Origin: a virus
Taxonomy: Duplodnaviria > Caudoviricetes
Length of the DNA stretch: 64,000 nucleotides
Virus record (IMG/VR): IMGVR_UViG_2595698431_000001
Coordinates: 5,392-69,391 of that record
Strand: one strand, 5' to 3'
Both the position numbers and the translations under genes were made by a program. The notes below the pieces were generated by a model, which saw nothing but the letters and a program-made list of their open reading frames with translations, ran no database searches and had not been told where the DNA came from. This document shows positions 9,222 through 18,829 of the stretch, one piece after another; positions within the stretch are counted from its first letter, which is position 1; every line of letters begins with the position of its first letter.

Positions 9222-10139
9222 TCAGGAAACACCGGGAGGATTGAGAATGGCCGGGTAAGCAGGTGCCGGGTTAGAAGGGTATGCAGTCATTGAGGGCTGC
9301 TGACCAACTCCCGGCAGGGTAGGGACCTGCGGAAGCCCCGGAACGGCCACGGGTGCCGCCTGCGCAACGACAGGAGCGGCGGGAAGCCCCGGAACCTGCG
9401 GAGCCTGATAAACGGGCGCGGCGACCTGCGGAACCTGTGGCACCTGCGGTGTCTGCGGAACCTGTGGCGTCTGTGGTGCCTGTGGGGCACCGGAAGGGCT
9501 GACCGGCATTGCAGACGCGCCGACGGGGATGACAGGTGCCGGAGCATTGCCGAATGCCTGTTCGGTCGACATGCCGCCCATGATGCGCTCACCGTGGCCG
9601 AGAAGACGAACAGCGTTCGGGTTAAGATAGATACCGGCTGTACGGTCTTCCTTGCCGTTGACGCTGGACGAAAGGTTCACGTCCACATAGGAGCCGCGAT
9701 AGACTTCCTTTGCGTCGATCTCTTTGTTGTTCGGCACGCCGGGGATAATACCCCAATGTGTCGCCTTGATCGCAAGTTGCGTCTGGAAGGCAAATACCCA
9801 ACAACCGGCAGTGTTCGGATTAACGACGCCTTCGGCATTCGGGCGGTCGCCGTCCTTGATCTTGAACGCAAAGTCGCCACGGGTAAAACCGGACTGGTAT
9901 TCGTTGAGAATACGCTGTTGAATTCCCGGCTTCGTGTGGTAACCGTTTGCGGCCACCTGATAAAGACCGCCGAGAAGTTCGTTGATTCCCGGTGCGTTCT
10001 TCAGGATGGCAAGGCCGAACTGGAAAGGACCTTTATTTTCTTCGTAAGGGTTGCCGTCATAGTCATGGGTCGCACGTTCCGTGATGGAACCCCAAACGAA
10101 ACGCCCGCCCGGTGTTAGCGTGGTGAATTGGTCTGCCAT
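9222..10139 (-). CDS. Single-stranded DNA-binding protein (DUF2815-like) with Pro/Gln-rich tail
   Basis: KIKDGD...GCWV...EVYRGSYV...GIYLNPNAVRLLGHGE.I pattern; between nuclease and polymerase. Confidence 0.75.
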   Translation of the reverse strand: MADQFTTLTPGGRFVWGSITERATHDYDGNPYEENKGPFQFGLAILKNAPGINELLGGLYQVAANGYHTKPGIQQRILNEYQSGFTRGDFAFKIKDGDRPNAEGVVNPNTAGCWVFAFQTQLAIKATHWGIIPGVPNNKEIDAKEVYRGSYVDVNLSSSVNGKEDRTAGIYLNPNAVRLLGHGERIMGGMSTEQAFGNAPAPVIPVGASAMPVSPSGAPQAPQTPQVPQTPQVPQVPQVAAPVYQAPQVPGLPAAPVVAQAAPVAVPGLPQVPTLPGVGQQPSMTAYPSNPAPAYPAILNPPGVS

Positions 10140-10157
10140 AGTCGGCTTTCTCCTGTG

Positions 10158-11249
10158 TTACTTGTCTTTCTGGTCGAACATTCGGCGCATTTCCTTATCG
10201 GAAAGACGTTCGAGTTTTCGCGGAAGCTGTGGCTTTTCCGTCAGGAATTCCACAATGTCGGGACGCGCACCCCGTCTTTCCAATTCTGCGGGGGTGCACA
10301 TCGTCTTTTCGATTGGGTCAACACCGGTCATGGCCTTGATGACTTCCGGTGCGTATTTGAATGCGCGATTACCTACGCGCGGTTTCAGGTAATAACCCCT
10401 CAAACCTGTTTTACGTAACCGCGATTCGGCGTCAGGTTCAATAGCGGAACGACGGGCTTTCAACAGCTTCGAAAGCATGTCGATAGCGTCGAGTTCTGCC
10501 GATAGTTCTTCGTCGGTCAGTTCCCTGTAATTCGCGGATTTGGAAATGAATTCGAACCCGCGATAAAGGGTGTGTGTCACAGCTTCGCAGCCCTTTGCAC
10601 CCGTGCAACGACGGCACCATGGCCCCGGCGTTGCGATGGGATTTGGTTTTTGACATTCGTGACCGGCAGTAATCAAACCGCCCAAATGCATCATGAGTTC
10701 GTCAACCGTCAAATCCCAATAACGATACGGACCCAAATGATGAAAAGCGCGCGGCTGATAAATGCCAAGACGAACTTTGCGAATGTGGGCAGGGCGACCG
10801 AGACGAAGGAATTCACCACCACCATAAAGAACAAGCTGTGGATTTTCAAAAACGTCGACGGGTTCCATACCGAATTTCAGGTCGTCGACATAAAGCGTGT
10901 CATCCGTGAAAGAAATCGAGGAACTATCATAGGTTCCTTGGATGAAAGCGCATATGACGACGACCTGTTCCGCCGATATGACCCCGCCACGGGAACGAAC
11001 GTGATTGATATATTTTTGAACGTAATAGGCCATGTCAAGCGTGACAAGCCACCCGTTCGAATGGTTACGCCCTACCAGATCGTCAGACGAGTTAGCGTCG
11101 CCCCGGAGGACGCATTCCGCTACCCACGCCGCACAGGTTCCCTCCCGTGCGGCGTCTGTTACTTCTTCCGGTCCCGCTGCCGTCTCGAAAGTCGGGCTTG
11201 CGGCACAGTTTGACCATTTGAAAGCGCTGGAAGGGCGTAATTGAATCAT
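10158..11249 (-). CDS. PD-(D/E)XK Cas4-like exonuclease (DUF2800-like)
   Basis: LRPSS...W..C; GTYD; VDDLKFG; QLVLY; IYQPR; PGPWCRRC...C. Confidence 0.8.
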   Translation of the reverse strand: MIQLRPSSAFKWSNCAASPTFETAAGPEEVTDAAREGTCAAWVAECVLRGDANSSDDLVGRNHSNGWLVTLDMAYYVQKYINHVRSRGGVISAEQVVVICAFIQGTYDSSSISFTDDTLYVDDLKFGMEPVDVFENPQLVLYGGGEFLRLGRPAHIRKVRLGIYQPRAFHHLGPYRYWDLTVDELMMHLGGLITAGHECQKPNPIATPGPWCRRCTGAKGCEAVTHTLYRGFEFISKSANYRELTDEELSAELDAIDMLSKLLKARRSAIEPDAESRLRKTGLRGYYLKPRVGNRAFKYAPEVIKAMTGVDPIEKTMCTPAELERRGARPDIVEFLTEKPQLPRKLERLSDKEMRRMFDQKDK

Positions 11250-11259
11250 GTCGAAGCCG

Positions 11260-12003
11260 TCAGGAGTTCTGTGCGAGTGTCAGCGTGATTGTTTCGATAA
11301 CACGTTTCCGCGCCGATTCGTCGTTGACGATATCGTTCGGATTGGAAACCTTTGCCGCCGAATAAATGCTGTCCACGAATTCCTGTGGAAGATCGCCATA
11401 CTTGGCCTGAAGGTTCGCGAATGCCGTGCCGACGTCGTCGAGCGTGACAGGCTTGTCCTCAACGACCACGGGAACGACAGGAGCCGGTGGCGTCATGCCG
11501 GGAATTGCGGGTGCAGCGACGGCAGCGGGAGCGCCGGGAACCTGCGGAGGAATCGTAACGGATGCAGGGGCCGGGTTAACGGCGGGCGGTGTCGGCGCGG
11601 TCGCCGTCTGCGGAACATACACCGGCTGCGATGCGACAGGTGCACCGGGAACGACAGGCAAGCCGGGAACAGTCGGAGCGGCAAAAACAGCCTGAACAGC
11701 GGCGGGGCCGGTCGGTGTCGGGTTCGCCTGTTTATATGCGAGTTCGGCGGCGTCGCGCTGTTCTTCGGTGACGCCCTTCAGGCGCTTCCAGCGACCATCC
11801 TTCGTTTGCGTCTTTGTACCGGCATGAACCGATTCGAGCCACGGAATACCGAACTTGTCAACGTCGCCGACGGGTGCGGTCGAAAGTTCTTCGCCGTCTT
11901 CGTCGGTCGCCTTCAGGGCAACGGGAGAAGACGCAAGGCGCAAGATGAAGTTTTTGAATTCGTCGTCAGAAACCGCAACGCGGATATCGAGAAAGGCTGT
12001 CAT
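11260..12003 (-). CDS. Hypothetical Pro/Ala-rich replication-module protein
   Basis: D..GIPW...VHA.TK....DG.WK..KGV domain plus low-complexity linker; AGGA RBS. Confidence 0.75.
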   Translation of the reverse strand: MTAFLDIRVAVSDDEFKNFILRLASSPVALKATDEDGEELSTAPVGDVDKFGIPWLESVHAGTKTQTKDGRWKRLKGVTEEQRDAAELAYKQANPTPTGPAAVQAVFAAPTVPGLPVVPGAPVASQPVYVPQTATAPTPPAVNPAPASVTIPPQVPGAPAAVAAPAIPGMTPPAPVVPVVVEDKPVTLDDVGTAFANLQAKYGDLPQEFVDSIYSAAKVSNPNDIVNDESARKRVIETITLTLAQNS

Positions 12004-12024
12004 TCTGTTTTGTCCTTTTGTAAG

Positions 12025-12067
12025 GTTGACGCAAAACGATTAGCTCATTATGCAAATATGTGTCAAC
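12025..12067. promoter_or_regulatory. Divergent promoter pair
   Basis: GTTGAC...GTCAAC inverted -35 boxes in the gap between divergent operons. Confidence 0.5.
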
Positions 12068-12081
12068 ACGGAAAATCACAA

Positions 12082-13686
12082 ATGCAACTGTTCGCCGATC
12101 AGCAAAAACTAGAAGACGATATCTTTTTACAATGGATGATGGGCAAAAAAACAGTGCTGGCCGTGGCCCCGACGGGAGCGGGAAAAACTGTAATCAAATC
12201 CTCCGTCGCTCGACGTTTCAATCTTCCAACTATCGCCATTGCCCATCGTCAGGAACTTGTTTGTCAGATTTCCGTTGCCTTCGCGAAATTCGGAATTACG
12301 CACAGAATCATAGCGCCTGAAAAGGTCGTCAAATTCATCGTTCGACGGCACATTATAGAAACCGGTCGAAGTTATTACCATCAAAATTCACCGTTCGCTG
12401 TTGCCGGTGTCGACACGATCAACAGACGCGCCGAAGATTACAAACAGTTTTTTGAAAGTGTGCGCCTATGGGAAGGCGACGAGTGTCACCATTTCCTTCC
12501 GACGAATAAGTGGGGGAGGGCTGTGCTTGAAAACTTCCCGAAAGCGAACGGGCTAGGGGTAACAGCGACACCTAAGCGCACAGATGGCAAGCCGCTAAGC
12601 GGAATATTTAACGTCCTTGTTCTAGGTCCGACACCGGGAGAACTTATCGCTTCAGGTCGCCTGTCGAACTATCGAATCTTCGGTATGCCACCCTCATACA
12701 CGATGGTCGACGAAGAAGACATTTCGAAAAACACCGGAGATTATACGCTTGACGCGCTGCGCAAGCGTTCGAAGAATTCGAAGATTGTCGGCGATATTGT
12801 CGATACGTATCTTGCTTTCGCCCCCGGCGAAATGGGGATAGGTTTCGCCGTCAGCGTTGAACAGGCAATTGAAACAGCGACCGCGTTCATTCACAAGGGT
12901 GTTCCCGCGCTGGCATTGTCTGGCGAAAGTTCCGACGAAGTTCGTCAGGGTGGTATCGATCGCTTCAAGCGCGGTGAAGTCAAATTTATCATGAACGTCG
13001 ATCTGTTCGACGAAGGTTTTGACGTTCCCGGTGCGTCTTATATGGCGGCGGGTAGAAAAACCATGTCAATCATCAAATGGAAGCAACAAATGGGTCGTGT
13101 GATGCGCGTTCGACCCGACGGAAGCCCCGGCAAGATCGCCGATCATGTCGGCAACTGCCTGACCCTTAGATGCGTGCCCGACACCGATTTCGCATGGTCT
13201 CTGGACGGTAAGGAGAAGACAAAAGCGGAAACGACGGTCAAGCTCAAAACGTGCACTAACTGTTTCAACGTTTACGCGGCATACAAGACAGAATGCACGC
13301 TGTGTGGACATAAAGAGGAACCTTTAGCCCGCACTGCACCGGAGTTTGTCGACGGCGATCTTTTTGAATTCTCTCCTGAACTGATTTCACAGCTTCGCGG
13401 GGAAATAAAGAAGATAGACGGTCGCCCATTGATACCGCACAACCTCCCGGCTCACGCCGTCGGAACGGTTGAAAGAAGATGGCAGGAAAGACAAGAGGCG
13501 CAAAAGGAACTGCGCGAATGCATTTCGCAATGGGCCGGTATTCGGAAATATGTAAACCAGCGGACGGACGCGGAATCTTACCGCGAGTTCTATCACACCT
13601 ACGGCGTGGATATCATGACTGCGCAGACGTTCGGTGCGCCTGACGCGCGAAAACTCACAGCATTGATTCGTGAAGAATGGATTTAA
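12082..13686 (+). CDS. Superfamily 2 (ResIII/DExH) helicase with C-terminal zinc finger
   Basis: APTGAGKT, DECHH, TATP, EGFDVP, QQMGRVMR, two CxxC pairs; true start at ATG 12082. Confidence 0.9.
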   Translation: MQLFADQQKLEDDIFLQWMMGKKTVLAVAPTGAGKTVIKSSVARRFNLPTIAIAHRQELVCQISVAFAKFGITHRIIAPEKVVKFIVRRHIIETGRSYYHQNSPFAVAGVDTINRRAEDYKQFFESVRLWEGDECHHFLPTNKWGRAVLENFPKANGLGVTATPKRTDGKPLSGIFNVLVLGPTPGELIASGRLSNYRIFGMPPSYTMVDEEDISKNTGDYTLDALRKRSKNSKIVGDIVDTYLAFAPGEMGIGFAVSVEQAIETATAFIHKGVPALALSGESSDEVRQGGIDRFKRGEVKFIMNVDLFDEGFDVPGASYMAAGRKTMSIIKWKQQMGRVMRVRPDGSPGKIADHVGNCLTLRCVPDTDFAWSLDGKEKTKAETTVKLKTCTNCFNVYAAYKTECTLCGHKEEPLARTAPEFVDGDLFEFSPELISQLRGEIKKIDGRPLIPHNLPAHAVGTVERRWQERQEAQKELRECISQWAGIRKYVNQRTDAESYREFYHTYGVDIMTAQTFGAPDARKLTALIREEWI

Positions 13687-13687
13687 A

Positions 13688-14146
13688 ATGATTGAAGGAT
13701 GGCTTAGGAAATACGCGATTCCGTTCGAAGCACTACTTGAATTACGCCTGCTTTTCATATCGCACCCGCGCGACGACGAAGCACCCGCGACAGGAACGGA
13801 AGGGGATGTTCAGAACCTTATCCGAATCCATGCCGCTGAACTCGGCGATATCTTGTGGCGAAACAACTCCGGCGCTATGACGGATGAGGAAGGGAACTTT
13901 GTCCGATTCGGTCTCGGCAACGATTCCACGAAGCTGAACAAGGTTTATAAATCTCCCGATCTCGTGGGCATTCGACGCGATGGAAGGCCGATGTTTATAG
14001 AGGTTAAAAAACCCGGCTGGCGCTACACCGGGAATGAACACGAGAAAGGTCAAATGAACTTTCTTACACATGCCGCGTCCTTTGGCGCACTGTGCGGGTT
14101 CGCGCAATCGGTGGAAGACTTCTTACACATTCGAAACCGCTATTGA
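13688..14146 (+). CDS. VRR-NUC domain nuclease
   Basis: LWRNNSG...SPDLVG...FIEVKKPG...Q..F. Confidence 0.8.
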   Translation: MIEGWLRKYAIPFEALLELRLLFISHPRDDEAPATGTEGDVQNLIRIHAAELGDILWRNNSGAMTDEEGNFVRFGLGNDSTKLNKVYKSPDLVGIRRDGRPMFIEVKKPGWRYTGNEHEKGQMNFLTHAASFGALCGFAQSVEDFLHIRNRY

Positions 14147-14194
14147 CGCTATACCGCACTTTCGTGTTAATACGATTTGGGATAAATTCAGGGC

Positions 14195-14455
14195 ATGAAA
14201 AATATGAAAACGAAACCCCGTAAAGTGATGAGTGCAGACGAACGCAAGGAGTATATCCTTGAGAACGGCGCACGCCTTGCGGACGTTATCGGGCTTGATA
14301 ACGTGACGGCTAAACTCGTCTCGCAAGTTTGCCCCGTGAACACGTCGGTGATGACGATTCGGCATTATTTCAACAATCAAAGGATTTTGCAGAACGCGAT
14401 TGCGAAAAGTTCTTACGCGTCAAGAGACGTTAAAGCACAAGCGCAACGTGCCTGA
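14195..14455 (+). CDS. Small TetR-like helix-turn-helix protein
   Basis: RKEYILENG..L....GLDNVT...V........TIRHYFNN resembles a TetR HTH. Confidence 0.55.
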   Translation: MKNMKTKPRKVMSADERKEYILENGARLADVIGLDNVTAKLVSQVCPVNTSVMTIRHYFNNQRILQNAIAKSSYASRDVKAQAQRA

Positions 14456-14457
14456 AC

Positions 14458-16803
14458 ATGCTGAATTTGCCCGCTCAATTCGTATGCTGGAAGCTTGTTC
14501 AAAAACCCGGCAAGCCGAAACCTGACAAGGTTCCTATCGACAAGCTAGGTCGCTTGATCGACGCACATGACCCGCGTAACTGGATGACCTATGACGAAGC
14601 GAAAAACTCCGGTTTGAATATCGGTTTCGTCTTCACTGACAAAGACCCATATTTTTTCTTCGATCTGGATGACTGCCGAATCGGTGACCATTGGAAACCG
14701 CACGTCAATGAAGCGTGTCAACTGTTCCATGGCGCTGCAATGGAAGTGTCGCAATCGGGTGATGGTATTCATATCATCGGTCGTTGTGACGCGATGGTCG
14801 GTGTATCACGCAAGAACAAATTCAAAATCAACGGTGAGAAGCACGAGTTCTATTTTTCTCGCCGCTTCGTCGCGTTCGGTAAGCATGGCTTTTCGGGTGA
14901 TTTCAACGTCGACATGAGCCGCGCGGTTCTGTCTTACATTCCGGTGAAAACCCCCAATGAGGACGCCGAACTTACCGAAGGCGCTGACCCGGAATACACC
15001 GGCCCCGAAGATGACGAAGAACTTTTGACAATGATGCTGTCGAGTCGCGGCGGTCTCAATCAACAGTTCGGTGACAAGGCCACCATTCGAGAACTATGGG
15101 ACGCGGACAGTGTGAAACTCGCACAGGTGTTCCCGTCGACACAAGGCGATATTTTCGACCGCTCGGCAGCGGATGCGGCGCTTATGTCGCATCTTGCTTT
15201 CTGGACAGGTCGTGACCTGAAGCGCATGGATCGCTTGTTCAGGCGTTCCGGTCTCATGCGTGAAAAGTACGAGAAACGCCCGGAGTATCAGGAGTGGACG
15301 GTTACCAATGCGGCGAAAGGGTGCCGGAATGTTTATAACATTCCACGTCCTGACCGTCGTTTTGAAATACCGTCCGAACGGTTTCAACAGATTGAAGAAG
15401 TAGTTGCGGCGGAAGGCTACAAGGATGTCATGGGCGGGGCACCTGTCACGGCTCACGGCTCTATGATTCCTTCGGAACAGATCAACTATTTCAGCAACAT
15501 GATATACGTCATGGAAGACCATGCGATTTACGTGTTCAAAGACAACCTGTTTTACCCTCCTGAACGCTTTTCGGCGTTCTTCGGTGGTACGACATTCATC
15601 ATTGACTCGGAAGGAAGGAAGCCGACAAAGAGCGCATTCGAAGCCTTCACGCAAAACACCTGTGTGCGTTTCCCGCGCGTGCAGCGAAGCGTTTTTCGCC
15701 CTGACCGAACCGTTCTCGAAAAGGATGGTGACAGGACGATCAACACCTATATTCCACACACTCCCGAAGTGTGTGAGGGTGACGTGTCGTTGTTTCTCGA
15801 CCATTTGCGGCGTTTGTTCCCTACTGAACGGGATATGAACATCGTTCTTTACTGGTTCGCCACTCTTGCCCGATATCCAGAGAAAAGGATTCGTTGGGCA
15901 CCGGTCATCCAAGGCGTCGAAGGAAACGGAAAGTCATTTCTCGGCGACGTGCTTTCGTACATCGTCGGGGAGCAATACACGCACAAGCCGAACGCCGAAG
16001 ACATTTCGAACAAGTTCAACGATTACATCGACCGAAAGTTACTTATCATCGTCGAAGAAGCGCACATGCAGGGGCGGCGCGAAATGATGGACGTTCTGAA
16101 ACCACTCATTACGAACCCGCGCGTCGAGATACAGCCGAAAGGCGGCAAGAAGCGGATGATAGACAATTGGACCCGGTGGATTTTCTTCACGAACCACAAG
16201 GACGCTTTCCCTATCGATCTGAAGAACCGTCGTTATGCGATTTTCTACACCCGTCAACAGACGAAGGAAGACCTGAACGCCCACGGGATGACGGCTGAAT
16301 ACTTCTTGCGCTTGTGGGGGTGGTTCGAAAACGGCGGCGCGGCGGCGATTGCCGGGTTCCTGAAGACGGTTGCCATTCCGCAAGAGTATGACCCGCTGAC
16401 GACACTCATCAACGCCCCTGTCACGTCATCGACCGGCGACGCGATCCTTGAAAGCATGGGAACCGTCGAACAGTACATCATGGAAGCCATCGAAACAGAT
16501 CGTGACGGTTTCAAAAACGGCTGGATTTCGTCGTGGGCGCTTGACGAACTTCTTCGAACTGCCATGCCTAAAACACAGTTGGGACCGACGAAGAAAGCCC
16601 AAATCCTGCGCAATCTGAAGTACCGGAAAATCGGCAGGTCGAGCCGTGAAATCTTCGGTGAAGGAATGAACAAGCCCGTGCTTTACGCTCGTGAAGGTCT
16701 TGAGATTTCCGGTGACCCTGTGACGGATTATTGTGAAGCACAGGGTTACCAGATCGCGCCGACATTGCCGGTGATGAACAATGTTATTCCGCTGAAGAAG
16801 TGA
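14458..16803 (+). CDS. Primase-helicase (AEP/PrimPol N-terminus, SF3/D5-like NTPase C-terminus)
   Basis: FFDLDDC, EVSQSGDGIH, DRSAAD..L..LAFW; Walker A GVEGNGKS; FFTNH; RRY. Confidence 0.85.
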   Translation: MLNLPAQFVCWKLVQKPGKPKPDKVPIDKLGRLIDAHDPRNWMTYDEAKNSGLNIGFVFTDKDPYFFFDLDDCRIGDHWKPHVNEACQLFHGAAMEVSQSGDGIHIIGRCDAMVGVSRKNKFKINGEKHEFYFSRRFVAFGKHGFSGDFNVDMSRAVLSYIPVKTPNEDAELTEGADPEYTGPEDDEELLTMMLSSRGGLNQQFGDKATIRELWDADSVKLAQVFPSTQGDIFDRSAADAALMSHLAFWTGRDLKRMDRLFRRSGLMREKYEKRPEYQEWTVTNAAKGCRNVYNIPRPDRRFEIPSERFQQIEEVVAAEGYKDVMGGAPVTAHGSMIPSEQINYFSNMIYVMEDHAIYVFKDNLFYPPERFSAFFGGTTFIIDSEGRKPTKSAFEAFTQNTCVRFPRVQRSVFRPDRTVLEKDGDRTINTYIPHTPEVCEGDVSLFLDHLRRLFPTERDMNIVLYWFATLARYPEKRIRWAPVIQGVEGNGKSFLGDVLSYIVGEQYTHKPNAEDISNKFNDYIDRKLLIIVEEAHMQGRREMMDVLKPLITNPRVEIQPKGGKKRMIDNWTRWIFFTNHKDAFPIDLKNRRYAIFYTRQQTKEDLNAHGMTAEYFLRLWGWFENGGAAAIAGFLKTVAIPQEYDPLTTLINAPVTSSTGDAILESMGTVEQYIMEAIETDRDGFKNGWISSWALDELLRTAMPKTQLGPTKKAQILRNLKYRKIGRSSREIFGEGMNKPVLYAREGLEISGDPVTDYCEAQGYQIAPTLPVMNNVIPLKK

Positions 16804-17038
16804 GGCCGATTTCTTTTCGGCCCGCTTCAGTGAGAAAAACCTCATCGTTTCGGGTCGTTATGACACCCTGCAAAAATAACTTGTCAATCGTATCGACTTT
16901 CACAAGTCTTGCGTGACCGCGTGCCCGATATCCTCCGGTTGTTCTCCTGAAGCGATGATTCCAAAGCAAGCGAAGTAAGGATTTATCAACCATGTTTGAT
17001 TTTCCCGTTGACGTGTTAACACAAATTCGCATAATCAT
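16784..17038 (-). CDS. Small winged-helix-like protein (start uncertain)
   Basis: TIDKLFLQGVI...VFLTEAGRKEI. Confidence 0.4.
   Translation of the reverse strand: MIMRICVNTSTGKSNMVDKSLLRLLWNHRFRRTTGGYRARGHARLVKVDTIDKLFLQGVITTRNDEVFLTEAGRKEIGLTSSAE
16804..16822. terminator. Hairpin after primase-helicase
   Basis: GGCCGA-tttcttt-TCGGCC. Confidence 0.45.
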
Positions 17039-17183
17039 TTTTGCATTGTACTAGGTACACGTCAATTGATTACCCGGAGGATTGCCATGTAAACGGCACG
17101 CGGTGCGCAGGTTTTATTACGACAAATGATTTAGTGACAGGTGATGAGCAACCACCGAATAAAAGGCTCAAAAAGGATTTACG

Positions 17184-17627
17184 ATGCGGGAAGAAATTAA
17201 GCGATGGCTGAACAATGTTCGGCTTGGACATTACAACGATAACGCGCTTGTCGTTGTCGGCGGTCGTTCGTCAGGCAAGACGACCTTTTCCGTTCTGGCT
17301 GCAAAGGCGGTCGGACTGAAACCGGAACACCGAATCGTCGTTGATGTTTCGGCTATCAAGTCGCCGTTTTTCATCGACTCGGTCCGAAACTTCGCGATGG
17401 TCGTAATCGACTGCGAAGCCGAAGACATGGAAGAAGTCCTTTCGGTTCTGAAGCCGATCTTGTCGAACCGCGCCGTTCAGGTCGACCGGAAAGGGAAATC
17501 AAGCGTTGTCGTCAACAATCAAATGAACTTCATGATCCTGACGAACGGTTACGCACCGGAGCCGGTTAGCCGCCGTGTGCTGGTCACGTCGCCGCTTGCG
17601 GCTATGAACGTTCTTGCGGAGATTTGA
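17184..17627 (+). CDS. Stand-alone SF3/D5-like NTPase domain
   Basis: Walker A GGRSSGKTT; VLKPILSN...KG...FMILTN...RR aligns with the primase-helicase C-terminal domain. Confidence 0.7.
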   Translation: MREEIKRWLNNVRLGHYNDNALVVVGGRSSGKTTFSVLAAKAVGLKPEHRIVVDVSAIKSPFFIDSVRNFAMVVIDCEAEDMEEVLSVLKPILSNRAVQVDRKGKSSVVVNNQMNFMILTNGYAPEPVSRRVLVTSPLAAMNVLAEI

Positions 17628-17631
17628 GAAC

Positions 17632-18399
17632 ATGTCGATTAAGAAACAAGCCTCCGGGCGTTCTGACCTTTACCGGATAGCGCCTGAACTCCTGAAGATC
17701 AAGGAAGGATGGAACGCGCGTGACGAAGAAAGCCTTGATCTTGAAGAACTTAAAATTTCGATCAAGGAACTTGGCGTCAAGCAACCGCTGACCGTTCAGA
17801 CCGAAGGCGACGATATTTTCGTTACGGACGGTCACCGCCGTTATTTCGCCGTCATGGCTCTCATTGCCGAAGGCGTCGATATCAAAACGGTGCCGGTGCA
17901 GGTCGAGGACCGATATTCTAACGCAGCCGATCACATCGCTTCGATGATCGTTCGAAATTCCGGCAAGCCGCTGACGGCTATCGAACAGGCGCGCGTTTTC
18001 AAACGCCTTCTTGATTACGGCCTGAAGGAATCCGAGATTGCGCAGAAAGTCGGCAAGTCACGTCAGTGGATTGTTTCGATGCTGGAATTGAACGCGGCAC
18101 CGGAAGAACTGAAGACGCTGGTTAAAACCGGCAAGGTGACAGCCACACTCGCGCAACAGACGCTTGCGAAAGAAGGCGGTGAACGTGCCGCCGAGACGTT
18201 GACGAAGGCCGTCAAGAAGGCTGAATCCGAAGGCAAGAAGAAGGCCACGGCGAAGCATGTCGAAAAGTCGTCGAAGGTGCAGTTGCGCGAACTGTTCGAT
18301 GCGCTTGAATTCAAGCCTACGGCCAATCCCTTGCCGGGTTACAGCGTACAGTTAACCCCAGATCAATACGCCCTGTTCCGTTCGCTTGCCGGTGCATGA
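17632..18399 (+). CDS. ParB/Spo0J-like protein
   Basis: SIKELGVKQPL...TDGHRRYFA ParB box; HTH EIAQKVGKSRQWI. Confidence 0.85.
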   Translation: MSIKKQASGRSDLYRIAPELLKIKEGWNARDEESLDLEELKISIKELGVKQPLTVQTEGDDIFVTDGHRRYFAVMALIAEGVDIKTVPVQVEDRYSNAADHIASMIVRNSGKPLTAIEQARVFKRLLDYGLKESEIAQKVGKSRQWIVSMLELNAAPEELKTLVKTGKVTATLAQQTLAKEGGERAAETLTKAVKKAESEGKKKATAKHVEKSSKVQLRELFDALEFKPTANPLPGYSVQLTPDQYALFRSLAGA

Positions 18400-18815
18400 T
18401 GAACGATCTGGTTTTGATCCAGCTTCAGGAGGCGGGTTGCGTGGTTGAACCTTGCGGTTCCCGCGTGACCTGTAACCCGCCGCCCACGGACACAGATCGT
18501 GATTATCTCGTCGAAGTGAAGCGATACGATGATTTTGAACACGCTCTTGAAATCATCATGGAAAACGGTTTCTACCCTGAAGGGAGTGACCACTACCGGA
18601 ACAGTGATTTCGATTTTCAATCGTGGCGACTCGGCGAAATCAATCTGATAGTCACTTACAAGGAATGGTTCGCCACCCGGCACCGTTCGGCGACCGCCGT
18701 GTGCAAGTCGCTTAATCTCATGGACAAGGCCGACAGGATCGCGCTTTTTCAAAAGATGCTCTACGGGAATCGCCCCAATGAGAAAGCAAAAGAAGCGGAA
18801 AATATCCCGTGGTAA
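18396..18815 (+). CDS. Pol-beta-like nucleotidyltransferase-fold protein
   Basis: GSR...DTDRDYLV (GS-x-DxD) motif. Confidence 0.6.
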   Translation: MMNDLVLIQLQEAGCVVEPCGSRVTCNPPPTDTDRDYLVEVKRYDDFEHALEIIMENGFYPEGSDHYRNSDFDFQSWRLGEINLIVTYKEWFATRHRSATAVCKSLNLMDKADRIALFQKMLYGNRPNEKAKEAENIPW

Positions 18816-18829
18816 AAAGGATCGACATT

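Noticed and set aside
10158-11249. Cas4-like gene as evidence of a CRISPR system
   Set aside because: No repeat-spacer array or other cas genes; such nucleases are common in phage replication modules
11248-12081. N-terminal 278 aa of the 812-aa helicase ORF
   Set aside because: Antisense shadow of the real minus-strand gene 11260-12003; helicase motifs begin after ATG 12082
17632-18399. Plasmid-prophage or temperate lifestyle inferred from ParB
   Set aside because: No ParA, integrase, protelomerase or cI-cro switch seen; solo ParB-like genes are common in lytic phages
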